IMG/VR virus record: IMGVR_UViG_2744054422_000002 | Location: 1-64,000 of that record | DNA length: 64,000 nt | Reading direction: 5' to 3' (one strand) | Origin: a virus | Taxonomy: Duplodnaviria > Caudoviricetes | Part shown: piece after piece, positions 37,633 through 46,731 of the stretch | How positions within the stretch are numbered: the first letter of the stretch is position 1 | Layout: every line of letters starts with the position of its first letter | The notes under the pieces: generated by a model | Databases searched by the model: none | The model's input: only the letters and a program-made list of their open reading frames with translations | What the model was told of the DNA's origin: nothing | Position numbers and translations under genes: made by a program

Positions 37633-39258
37633 TCAGGCGATCGGGCAGGTGATGCCGAGCTGCTCGCCGGTGCGGCCGTCGGGGCAGACCGGCACGGTCA
37701 CGACGCGCGCCTCCTGATTACGGGTAATCAACGCACTGCACTCCTCGGTGAAAAGTGCCGTGTAGTCGTTCACGGAGAACTTCGTACTGTCATGAATTAC
37801 CCCGAGGCTGATCTCGCCGCCTCGTCCGGCCTCGAACGTTCCCGCCGGGTAGATGAGGAACGGGATGCTGCTCGGCCAGTCGACGGCCGGGTTCGGGCCG
37901 CCGATCTCGGTGGGAACGGCCGGGTTGAGGCCGCGCGCCCACTGGATGGAGATGCCCAGCTCGGCGAAGGCGTTGATGACGTCCCGGGTGCTGATGTCGC
38001 TGATCGGCACGCCGTTCTGGCGGGCGATGTCCGCCAGGAACAGGTTGCGCGCCCACCAGGGGAAGACGACCTCGATGTTGATGTTCGCGCAGAGAGACAG
38101 CTTCTCCGTTAGGTCCGCCGCCTGGAGGGCGACGGCGGCGAACATGGCCGAGAACGCTCCGAACGTCGCCGTGATGGTGACGGCGGTCGACGCCGCGACG
38201 GCCTGCGTGAACAGCTCCTGGCGGATGCGGATCTCGTGCGCGACCATCGCGAGGGACTGGTAGTACGCCACCAGCTCCGGGAAGTGCCGCTGCGTCAGGA
38301 TGCCGGACTCCAGGCAGGCGCCGATGGCCTCACAGCGGACCTCGACGGGGTCAGGGCAGGGGATGCGGAAGCACGGCTTGACGGCGCCGGAGATGTCGTC
38401 GGCCTCGGTGTGCACCCACGTCATCGCGGCGACGTCGAGCGACGGCATCGGGAAGTACCTGAGTCCGCCGCGCGCGAGCTGGATCTCCGGCAGGTCCCAC
38501 AGCATCTCCGGGCAGGACATGCCGGTCAGCTCGTACACAGTCTCGGACGGCGCACACCATCCGCCGCTGGCCACGAGGTCGCCGCCGTTGAGGCGGGACT
38601 GGTCGCCGGCGAGGACGACGGCACGGGTGCCCTCGGTGCCCGAGGAGCTGTCGTTGACGATCAGCTGCTCGGGGAACGGCAGCCGGTACGAGGCGGTCAG
38701 ACCGACGCCGCCGCCCGCCGTCTTGAGGGCGTTGGCGCGGCGGATGATGCCCTCGGTGACCCCGGCCATGTCGAGGGCCTGGCCCGGCTGGTAGCCGGGG
38801 ACGTCGACGGAGGCGGTGATCTCCGGGCGCGGGTTCGGGTCGGCGGGCAGTACGCGCGGCTGGTGGGCGCGGACCCGGGACAGGTCCAGGGAGCGCCCCT
38901 TGACGGTGGCGGCCGCGGTGACGGTCTCCTTGGCGGGCTCCGCCTCGACGGCGGGCTCGACGGCGGCCGGTTCGGCCGGCTCGACGGTGGCGGCCGTCTC
39001 GGGGTCATCGCCGCGCACGGTGGCGGCGAGGGCCTCGATCTCGGCGGCGGCCTTCTGCGCGGCCTCGATCCGCTCTGCCTTCTCCGCGCGGATGTTCTCG
39101 ACCCCGGTGGCCAGCCCACGGAGCTGGACCAGGTCGTCGGTGGTGACGGTGCTGCTGCGCGACATCGCGTCGAACGCGTTGATCGCGCCATCGAGGAGGG
39201 CATCCAGCTCTTCGTCGTTGAGGACTGTGATGTCCTCGGGAAGCGAGAACTCTTCCAT
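37633..39258 (-). CDS. Major capsid protein with N-terminal scaffold-like coiled coil
   Basis: LVASGGWCAPSETVYEL, DLPEIQLARGGL, HDST....NDYTALFTEE. Confidence 0.8.
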   Translation of the reverse strand: MEEFSLPEDITVLNDEELDALLDGAINAFDAMSRSSTVTTDDLVQLRGLATGVENIRAEKAERIEAAQKAAAEIEALAATVRGDDPETAATVEPAEPAAVEPAVEAEPAKETVTAAATVKGRSLDLSRVRAHQPRVLPADPNPRPEITASVDVPGYQPGQALDMAGVTEGIIRRANALKTAGGGVGLTASYRLPFPEQLIVNDSSSGTEGTRAVVLAGDQSRLNGGDLVASGGWCAPSETVYELTGMSCPEMLWDLPEIQLARGGLRYFPMPSLDVAAMTWVHTEADDISGAVKPCFRIPCPDPVEVRCEAIGACLESGILTQRHFPELVAYYQSLAMVAHEIRIRQELFTQAVAASTAVTITATFGAFSAMFAAVALQAADLTEKLSLCANINIEVVFPWWARNLFLADIARQNGVPISDISTRDVINAFAELGISIQWARGLNPAVPTEIGGPNPAVDWPSSIPFLIYPAGTFEAGRGGEISLGVIHDSTKFSVNDYTALFTEECSALITRNQEARVVTVPVCPDGRTGEQLGITCPIA

Positions 39259-39290
39259 GGGGTCGGTCTCCAAAAGATCGATCTTGGAGA

Positions 39291-39327
39291 CCCGGCCCAC
39301 AACCAGCGGTCGTCTGTGGAGATAGTA
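39291..39327 (-). promoter_or_regulatory. Late-leader element copy 10 (major capsid)
   Basis: TACTAT-N11-ACCGCTGGTTGTGGGCCGGG. Confidence 0.75.
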
Positions 39328-39496
39328 GCCCGCTGCCCTGATGAGCGGCACGACCGCTGGTCAGCCTCAGCAATGTGCGGGTTGAGCTGGCAGACGCTGC
39401 GGCGCCATCTCCATGGAGCACAAAGGGATACCGGCGGCCGCCAAGGCCTGAGAAAGTGATCTCTCACATGCGCACAGGGGGACGGAGTGACCGGCA

Positions 39497-40762
39497 GTGA
39501 TCATCCTAGATTCGAACATACTCAAGGGGATCTCTCTACGCGGCCCGGAAGCTGAACTACTGCGCACGATCCGAGCCTCCGGCGTCGAGCGGGTCGCCGC
39601 GCCATGGATCGTGTTCGAGGAACTCGCCGCTCAACAAGCTCTGCTCTACGAAAAGAAGCACAAGGCTGCCGTCGATGCCATGACGGCCCTGCGCAAGGCC
39701 TCTCCTTGGGCCAACGTCACACCCCCGGTGAAGGCTCCCCCGGAGCAGGCGCGGAACTACTGGCGCATGAGGTACGCCGATGTGGCGGAATCCCTCGACC
39801 CCAGCAAGAGGGTCTATGAACAGGCGCTGTTCCGCGAAGCGAATCTGATCGCCCCTTGCAAAACGATCAACAACGGCGGCGACAAGACCGGAACCCGCGA
39901 CGCCTCGATCTGGCTCACCGCCGTCGAATACGCCCAAGAGCATCCCCAGGAGACCGTCTACTTCGTGACCGACGACGATGACTTCTTCAGCGATAGAGCC
40001 ACGGGATGCCTCGAGCCTCCTTTGGACGAGGATGTGGAAGCCTTCGGTCCACATTTCGTCGTCTTCACCTCGCTCGACGGCGTGGTCTCCAGACTCGCGA
40101 CCGAAATCGAGGCTCCCGAGGACGCCGTTCAAGGCATCCTGACAAAGCCACCTGCGGGTGAGGCTGTCGCCCGTTCCATGCGCCGAAGCGGCAACGGCTC
40201 CTTCGTGGCTACGGCTGTCCAGGCGGGGCAACGCCTGGTCAACGTTTCCGCCTCTGCGCGTTTCCTCACCGTTTTCTCCATCGCGCTGAGTTCCGTGACC
40301 GACATCCGCGGTTGGGAGATCTCCGGGCATAAGTGGTACACGGCGACGGCCCGCTGGCTGTTCTCGGGCTACGCGGCCACGCCGCAGCTTAAGATCCCTT
40401 TCTCCGTAGTCAGCTGGGCCTGGGAAACACGTGTCTTGGTCAGTTCTACAGCACCTGAGAAGGGGGTCACAGTTCTCCGAGGCATTGCCCTTTCCCCGAT
40501 CTCACCTGACGACCTCCCGCACCTCCCACCCACGTTCCGTTCCGGGATGACGACGGACTTGGAGAGTGCGCTGACCGAGATGTACGGCGGACTGTCTGAA
40601 GCGAATGAGCGGCTCGCCCGGGCCCTAACGACAATTGATTTGCCACAGCAGGCCCAACTCCTCGAACTCCTTGAGGGTCTGCGCCGTGGCGACGCCGCTG
40701 CAAAGAAGATCAACGAGCAGTTGCAGGGATCCCGCATCGCGCCTCTGGAAGACGATCACTGA
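39497..40762 (+). CDS. PIN-domain protein (DUF4935-like), moron
   Basis: MIILDSNIL, VFEEL, GTRDASIWL, YFVTDDDDF. Confidence 0.8.
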   Translation: MIILDSNILKGISLRGPEAELLRTIRASGVERVAAPWIVFEELAAQQALLYEKKHKAAVDAMTALRKASPWANVTPPVKAPPEQARNYWRMRYADVAESLDPSKRVYEQALFREANLIAPCKTINNGGDKTGTRDASIWLTAVEYAQEHPQETVYFVTDDDDFFSDRATGCLEPPLDEDVEAFGPHFVVFTSLDGVVSRLATEIEAPEDAVQGILTKPPAGEAVARSMRRSGNGSFVATAVQAGQRLVNVSASARFLTVFSIALSSVTDIRGWEISGHKWYTATARWLFSGYAATPQLKIPFSVVSWAWETRVLVSSTAPEKGVTVLRGIALSPISPDDLPHLPPTFRSGMTTDLESALTEMYGGLSEANERLARALTTIDLPQQAQLLELLEGLRRGDAAAKKINEQLQGSRIAPLEDDH

Positions 40763-40832
40763 CCGGCGAACACGCATGTGTTGCGCGAATCGCTGTGGCG
40801 GGCCCGGTCAAGGAGGGCCCGCCACAGCCGTG

Positions 40833-41024
40833 TCAACTGGTCTTGCCGGACGTCCCAGTGGCGTTCTTCGGCGGAACCTCACGGATGGTGCTCCCGGCGT
40901 AGCGCTTGCCGACCGTCTCGGCGGTCGGCTTGCTGCCCGAGGAGAACACCACCTTCTCCTTCCCGTCGGTGGTGACGACGACCTCGAACCGGGTCTTGTT
41001 GCTCCCGTTGCAGGCACATCCCAT
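40833..41024 (-). CDS. Small head-region protein with N-terminal CxC
   Basis: MGCACNG; GGAG RBS; abuts the protease gene. Confidence 0.7.
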   Translation of the reverse strand: MGCACNGSNKTRFEVVVTTDGKEKVVFSSGSKPTAETVGKRYAGSTIREVPPKNATGTSGKTS

Positions 41025-41025
41025 T

Positions 41026-44000
41026 TCAGATCACTCCGTTCTGTGCGGCGACGGTGACGGTGGCGGACTGCTGGGCGACGAGGGCGACCATGGCCTCGAT
41101 CTCGGCGCGGCGTTCGTCCTGGCGCCGGGTCACGGCGTCGGCGATCAGGTCGATGAGGGGCCCGCCGGCGAGGGCTGTCGCGAGGGCCTCGGCGTCCACG
41201 GACGCCATCGAGGAGGGCGCAACGTCCGGACGCTGTCCGGATGCGGTGTCCGGACGCTGTCCGGGCAGGTCAGCGATGGTCCCCGTCGAGCTCGCGGACA
41301 CGGGCCGGACGCCGTCCGGATGGGCATCCGGGCTCTGTCCGGACGGGTCGTCCGTGACGGGCAGGAGGCCCGCCGCGGAGGCCGCGAGCGCCAGGTTCGA
41401 CCGCTCGGCCACGGCGGGCAGCGCGGCCAGGAGCGGCGAGGAGTGGCCTGGCACCGGCACGGTCAGCACTGCGCGGAGCTGCCACTGGCCGCCGTTGCCC
41501 TGCCGCAGGTGGTACGACGGCTGGCATGCGGCGAACACCGCGCGGTCCCACTCGCTCAACCATGGGGCTGCCGCGCCGCTGAACCACAGGCCCCCGTCGT
41601 TCATGCCGACGGTGACGATCGCGCCGACCGTCCTGGTGTCGTCGAACTGGCAGGAGGCGGTCTCGCACTCGGCGCCGTCGCGGTGGTGGCCGACGTTCAT
41701 GGTCATCGCCCCGGCCTTGATGAACGAGCCGTCGTCGAGCGCGAACCGGGCCCGCAGGAAGTGCGTGAGGTCGAGCGTGCCGAGGGACTCGATCGTCAGC
41801 TTCTTCCCGGGGTAGCCCGCGTGGGGCTCACCGGCCTGGGCGACCCACCCGTACACGCGGCCGTCCTTGTAGTGGACGCCGCCGCTGCCGGGCGGGAGTT
41901 CCTCGGCGGTCGGCTCGGCGAACCAGGCGGCGGGCATCGGGTCGAGGCCCTGCAGAGCCGTCCACGCGGACGCCTCCAGCTCTCGCAGGCCGCCCGAGGT
42001 GGTCTCTTCGTCGTCCTCGTACCCAGGCAGGTCGAGGTCCCCGGACATCGCGGCGCTGATCTCCCCCTCGGGCATGGACGACGGGCCGCAGAACAAACCC
42101 GGGGAGAGTTTGACGATCCGGCCGTCCTTCGCCGCGCCGTTGAGGTGCCCGCGCGCCGTGCTCATGGCGATGCCGAGAGCGCGGGCCACGTCGCGGGCGC
42201 CGACGGCCGCCGGGGAGGTGATCACGTAGACGACCACGCGGTCTCGAGTCTCGCCCGCCGCGGTGATGGTCGGTACTGGCGCGGCGGCGGTCTCGTCGAT
42301 CGGGTCGAGAACGATCCGCGCGTCCTTGAACGCGGGCATCGACACGAGGGTCGCGCCGCGCAGGCGGGCGCGGGTGATGCGGACGAGGAACTCGCCGGAT
42401 TTCTGCTCGTAGACGACGAGGCCCTTTTCCGGGTCGTCGGCGTCGCCGGCGGCCGCGGTGAGGACGCCGGTCCCGGCGAACGTGTCCCGGATAACGCTCG
42501 CGGTCAGCGCGCCGTCCGGGCCGGTGATCAGCTGGAGGTCGTAGCGTGAGCGGGAGATCGCGCCGTCCGATGCGGTCCACTCCGCACGGGTCGACGCGGA
42601 CAGCATCATCGAGCCGTCCTCCATCGGCAGCACCGAGGCGTGCGGCAGACGCGCGGACGCGAACAGCCAGGCCGCGTCCTCCGGGTCGAGGGTCTTGTCG
42701 ACGAACTCGATGTCGACGTCGTCCAGGTCGACGGAGATGCCGAGCGGGGCGCCCTCGTCCAAGAGCTGGATGGCGTCGGCACCGGCCGGCCTGGTCGCGT
42801 ACAGCGGGCCCGTGGCGGTGATGCGCTGGCCGTCCCGCTTCACCGTCTTGATGGCCCCTGCGAGTTCGGCGCCCTGGTGGCCCATGAGCATCTCGTCGGC
42901 GTACTGGAGCGGCATGGGCTTGCGGTCCCACTTCAGGGCGCCCTTGGCGAAGATCCTGCCGTCGCCGGTCTCCTGGTCCTCGAAAGCGATCGCACAGTCG
43001 TCGGGCGTCGACCATGTGCGTACCGCCAGCATCGGTGCTTCCTGAACGTCGGTGGCCACAAGCTCCTCCTGGGGGCCGAGGGGGATGTCGGTGTGCTCGT
43101 CTCCGAAAGCGACGCGCACCCGGTCGAAAGTGATCGGGCCGACACGCTCGCCCATGGGCTCGTACGGCCACGCCTCGTCCGTGTACGCGGCACACACATG
43201 GGCGGTCCAAGGCGAGTGCTGGCGGGGCACGTCCGGGTGGTGGGTGTCCTCCAGCGCCGCGGTGGCGGCGTACCGGGCGTCGCCGATCGTCGGATCGTGG
43301 TCGGCGCGGTCCCGGTCGTCGCTGATGGTCCACACCCAGGACGGCTTGTCGGTGTCGGTGTTCCAGTGCGCTGCGCCCGTGACGTGGCCTTGGATCGGCT
43401 GGCCGAGGTCGGACAGCGCCGCCTCGAAGGCGCGGATGAACTCGCTGCGCTCGCCCTCGCTCCACTTGCTGGCGTCGTCGCCGAGGAAGAACAGCGTGCA
43501 GTGGATCTCCTCCGCTGCCTCGCCGCCGTCGAGGGCGAGACGGGCTGCGTCGTCTTCGGTGGGCAGGAGGGCGATCATCGCGCCCATGAGGTGACTCCCA
43601 TCGCCCGCGGCCGTACGGCCATCGGGCCTTACTTCTGAAATCCCGGCCGCTGGCGCCCCCTGAGATTCGTTGGCGGCGGCCGTGGTCTCGGGATGGACTG
43701 CGAGGATGCACCGGCAGTTCACGCACTGCGAGGCGGGGGCTGTCGGATCGTGAGGGGCGTCCATCTTCACGCCCCCGACGCTGAACTGTTCGTCCAGGAG
43801 GCGGATCTGCCCGTCGACGCGGGCGTGGTCCTCACGCACCCGGTCGTCGTGCCGGGTGAGCCACTGCTTGACGATCGGCGCGGGGCTGCCTGTGGCGTCC
43901 CTGGCTGCGCCGAGGGTGGCCGTGTTCCACGCTCTACCGGCCTCAGTACGGGCGATGCGCTCCTCGCGGGCCTCACCGAGCTGGGCGCCCTCGCGGGTGA

Positions 44001-44457
44001 ACCGCTCGCGGAGCCGGGCACGGAGCTGCTCGATGTCCTCCCCTGCGTCGACACCGGCGGCCAGCTCCTCGCGGGCGGCCTCGGCGAGGCGGTCGCCGAC
44101 GGCGCGCAGCAGGTGTTCCGTGACGTCGACGTAGTCGCTCATCGCTGGGGGCAGGTCGCGGCCGTCGTCGTACCGGCCGGGGAGGTCGTCCCACTCGGGC
44201 GGCAGCTCGCTGTCGGTGGCCTGGGCGGTGTGGTCGGCGGCCTGCTCGGAGACGCGGAGGAGGCGGCGAACGATGCGCGGCATCCGGTCGGTGAACATGC
44301 GGGCGATGCGGGAGACGGAGAAGCGGGCGGCGACCAGTTCGGTGGCGTCGGCGAGCTGTTGGGCGAACTCGTCGGCGACCTCGGTGAGGACGGCGCTGAC
44401 CTCTTCGGCGACGGTTTCCTCGGCGTCGTCCAGGAGCTGGAGCAGCTCGTCATCCAT
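41026..44457 (-). CDS. MuF-like / 2H-phosphoesterase-like / prohead protease / wHTH fusion
   Basis: RIARTE..KQWLTRHDDRVREDH..VNCRC; HCTL...HVCA; ETGDGRIF..GH.GA...GISVDLD...GATLVSMPAF; ARDVARALGIAMSTARGHL. Confidence 0.8.
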   Translation of the reverse strand: MDDELLQLLDDAEETVAEEVSAVLTEVADEFAQQLADATELVAARFSVSRIARMFTDRMPRIVRRLLRVSEQAADHTAQATDSELPPEWDDLPGRYDDGRDLPPAMSDYVDVTEHLLRAVGDRLAEAAREELAAGVDAGEDIEQLRARLRERFTREGAQLGEAREERIARTEAGRAWNTATLGAARDATGSPAPIVKQWLTRHDDRVREDHARVDGQIRLLDEQFSVGGVKMDAPHDPTAPASQCVNCRCILAVHPETTAAANESQGAPAAGISEVRPDGRTAAGDGSHLMGAMIALLPTEDDAARLALDGGEAAEEIHCTLFFLGDDASKWSEGERSEFIRAFEAALSDLGQPIQGHVTGAAHWNTDTDKPSWVWTISDDRDRADHDPTIGDARYAATAALEDTHHPDVPRQHSPWTAHVCAAYTDEAWPYEPMGERVGPITFDRVRVAFGDEHTDIPLGPQEELVATDVQEAPMLAVRTWSTPDDCAIAFEDQETGDGRIFAKGALKWDRKPMPLQYADEMLMGHQGAELAGAIKTVKRDGQRITATGPLYATRPAGADAIQLLDEGAPLGISVDLDDVDIEFVDKTLDPEDAAWLFASARLPHASVLPMEDGSMMLSASTRAEWTASDGAISRSRYDLQLITGPDGALTASVIRDTFAGTGVLTAAAGDADDPEKGLVVYEQKSGEFLVRITRARLRGATLVSMPAFKDARIVLDPIDETAAAPVPTITAAGETRDRVVVYVITSPAAVGARDVARALGIAMSTARGHLNGAAKDGRIVKLSPGLFCGPSSMPEGEISAAMSGDLDLPGYEDDEETTSGGLRELEASAWTALQGLDPMPAAWFAEPTAEELPPGSGGVHYKDGRVYGWVAQAGEPHAGYPGKKLTIESLGTLDLTHFLRARFALDDGSFIKAGAMTMNVGHHRDGAECETASCQFDDTRTVGAIVTVGMNDGGLWFSGAAAPWLSEWDRAVFAACQPSYHLRQGNGGQWQLRAVLTVPVPGHSSPLLAALPAVAERSNLALAASAAGLLPVTDDPSGQSPDAHPDGVRPVSASSTGTIADLPGQRPDTASGQRPDVAPSSMASVDAEALATALAGGPLIDLIADAVTRRQDERRAEIEAMVALVAQQSATVTVAAQNGVI
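41224..41344. repeat. Second phased GTCCGGAC array, inside coding sequence
   Basis: Copies or near-copies at 41224, 41235, 41248, 41259, 41303, 41314, 41326, 41337. Confidence 0.75.
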
Positions 44458-44692
44458 GGGCGCTCGTCTCCTCTCCGTCGCTGCTGGGGTGCGTCGCCCG
44501 GTCCGGGGCCGCGCTCTCGTCGACCGCCTCGTTGTCGCGCTGCCGCCAGGCCAGGAGTTCCTCCCACACCTCTCGGCCGGGACAGCGGGAGCACCAGCCG
44601 AACGCGCGGTGTCCGGCGCGGGAGTGCCCGGGCGGCGCGACGTGCAGCTTCGGCGACTCCTCGCTCGTCGGGTCGTCAGTGGCGTCGCACAC
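44450..44692 (-). CDS. Hypothetical protein (H/C motif)
   Basis: GGAGG RBS; GH...GH.AFGWCSRCPG. Confidence 0.5.
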   Translation of the reverse strand: MCDATDDPTSEESPKLHVAPPGHSRAGHRAFGWCSRCPGREVWEELLAWRQRDNEAVDESAAPDRATHPSSDGEETSAHG

Positions 44693-44983
44693 GGTTGTCC
44701 TCCTGGCCGTCGGGGTCGTCGCAGATTTCGCATGCCGTCCAGGTGCCGACGACGGACACACCGTCAGGCGTGAGCATGAGGACGTCGCCGGTGAGGCGGG
44801 TATTGGCCTTGCAGGTGGGGCACCAGTCCTCGCAGGCCGGGCCCGGGGTGACGTGGTCAGGGGCGGGGTGTCGGCCACGGTGGTGCTCCCTCGCTGGGAT
44901 TTCATGAGGCCGCCTCCCTGCCAGGCCGCGATGAACTCCTTCGCCTGGTGGTGGCGCACGGGAACGACGTGCAGGCCAGTCAT
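44676..44983 (-). pseudogene. Decayed region: truncated XF1762/Mom-like N-terminus and a frameshifted zinc-ribbon gene
   Basis: MTGLHVVPVRHHQAKEFIAAW breaks off; start-less frame ...DWCPTCKA...WTACEICDD. Confidence 0.4.
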
Positions 44984-46731
44984 GCCGCGAGCCTCAGGCA
45001 GGAGGTGACGACGGCGGGCACGACGTCGTAGGAGTGCTCGATACCGGCGGCGATGAGTTCGCGGGCGTAGGCGTCGAGCGCGGCGGTGAGACAGGCCGGG
45101 TCGAGGCTGTACCGCTTGGCGATCTCGGGGACGCGGGACCAGGCGCCATCGAGGAGGCGGTACTGCTCGACCTGGCCGGGCTCGACTCTGATCTCGGTGT
45201 GCAGGGCGGCGGCTTGGATCTCACGGGCTCGGGCGCGCTCGCTGCGGGGGCAGGCGGGGGTGCGGATCAGCTTGTCGCCGGCTGAGGAGAGCGCGGCCCA
45301 GATCAGGCCGTCTGCGGCAGCGAGGAGTCCGGCGCTGGGCGCGGGGCGGCCGGAGGCGGGCAGGGAGTCGGGTTCTTCCTGTGTCTCGTCGACCGGGAGG
45401 TCGGGCTTCGGGCGAGGCGCGTTCTCGTCCTGGCCCTGGTCCTGTTGCTGGTCATTGACGGGCTGCCTTGCGCGGGCGTTCCGCTCCTCCTCGGTGGGGG
45501 CGTCGGACTCCTCGAAGCCGGTCTCGCGGCGCAGGGCTTCGGCGCTGATGACGCCTCGGTCGTACGCCTGCAGGGCGGTCTCCGAGCGGTTGGTGCGCAC
45601 GCGGAGTCCGGCTGTGTCGTACCAGACGAGCCAGCGGTGCCAGTCCTCGACGTTCTCGGCCTGGAGGAGGGGGCGCAGCCACTGCTGTGTGAGGGCGTGG
45701 CACACGGTCTGGAGCTTGGGCTCGATGCCCATGCGGATGGCCTCGGACGTCAGCATCCAGGCACCCCAATGATTGGTGTCGCCCATGCCGAGGAGGAGTT
45801 CGCCGGGGATCTCCAGGCCCGTGGCGAACCGTTTGATCGCCTCTTCGCGCAGCTTCAGCGCCAGTTCGTCGAAGTTGCTCTCGAACGTGAGGAGCTTGAA
45901 GTCGGCGATCGAGTCCGCGGGCACTTCCAGGACGATCGGGACGGTGGCCGCCGCGCTCTCGGGCTCGCGGATCGCCGTCTCGGCGATCATCATCAGGACT
46001 TCGATCAGGTCGTCCTCGGCGTCGCCCTGGCCCGGCCGGGTCGGGAAGCGCGTGCCCTTGGGGACGAGGAGGATGCCGCGCCCGGTGAGTCTTGACCTCG
46101 CGATGGCCTTGACGGCGGCGTTCAGCAGGAGCAGTTCTTCGAGCAGGTCGATGCTGGCGCGTACGGGACTGTCGGCCTCGATGGCGCGCTCGGGGTCGGG
46201 TTCCCACACGCGGAGGGCGACGGGTGAGTCCGGGTCGAGGGTCTCCTCGTCGCCGGGCGGGATCTCGACGTCGTCCCCGTCGATCTCGGCGGTGAGCTTG
46301 CCGGACTTCTGGCTGACCTCGCGGGTGGACAGCACCCGCCAGTCGTGGCCGTCCTCGGGGACGTCGGGGCTGAGGACTTCGCCGTTGGGGCGGACGACGA
46401 TCCACCCTTCGCCCGGCACTGTCAGGTGCTTGCCGAAGGCGCCAAGCATTTTGACCTGGCCGTCGGGGCCACCTGCGATCTGCTGGACGATCTCCGAGGC
46501 GCGGTGGTTGTCGGGGGCGGGCTCGATCGTGCCGTCGTCGGCGCGGCGGCCCGCGTACAGGGTGGCGCCGGCCATGCCGTTGGCCATGTACGTCGCGGCG
46601 AAGCGGACTTCGGGGACGGCGTGGTACAGCTGCCAGGCCCGGGTCTGCCATCCCTGGTCGGTGGCGGCCTTGACGGCGCGGACCTTCCGGTTGACGTATC
46701 GGGAGGCCGAGGCGGTCAGTGAGGTCGTCAC
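44980..46731 (-). CDS. Portal protein
   Basis: WQTRAWQLYHAVPEVRF, KHLTVPGEGW, ADSPVRA, LLGMGDTNHWGAW. Confidence 0.85.
   Translation of the reverse strand: MTTSLTASASRYVNRKVRAVKAATDQGWQTRAWQLYHAVPEVRFAATYMANGMAGATLYAGRRADDGTIEPAPDNHRASEIVQQIAGGPDGQVKMLGAFGKHLTVPGEGWIVVRPNGEVLSPDVPEDGHDWRVLSTREVSQKSGKLTAEIDGDDVEIPPGDEETLDPDSPVALRVWEPDPERAIEADSPVRASIDLLEELLLLNAAVKAIARSRLTGRGILLVPKGTRFPTRPGQGDAEDDLIEVLMMIAETAIREPESAAATVPIVLEVPADSIADFKLLTFESNFDELALKLREEAIKRFATGLEIPGELLLGMGDTNHWGAWMLTSEAIRMGIEPKLQTVCHALTQQWLRPLLQAENVEDWHRWLVWYDTAGLRVRTNRSETALQAYDRGVISAEALRRETGFEESDAPTEEERNARARQPVNDQQQDQGQDENAPRPKPDLPVDETQEEPDSLPASGRPAPSAGLLAAADGLIWAALSSAGDKLIRTPACPRSERARAREIQAAALHTEIRVEPGQVEQYRLLDGAWSRVPEIAKRYSLDPACLTAALDAYARELIAAGIEHSYDVVPAVVTSCLRLAA

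Noticed and set aside
5766-39310. 20-nt motif as a CRISPR repeat
   Set aside because: Copies are dispersed by kilobases, each before a gene; no spacer array or cas genes.
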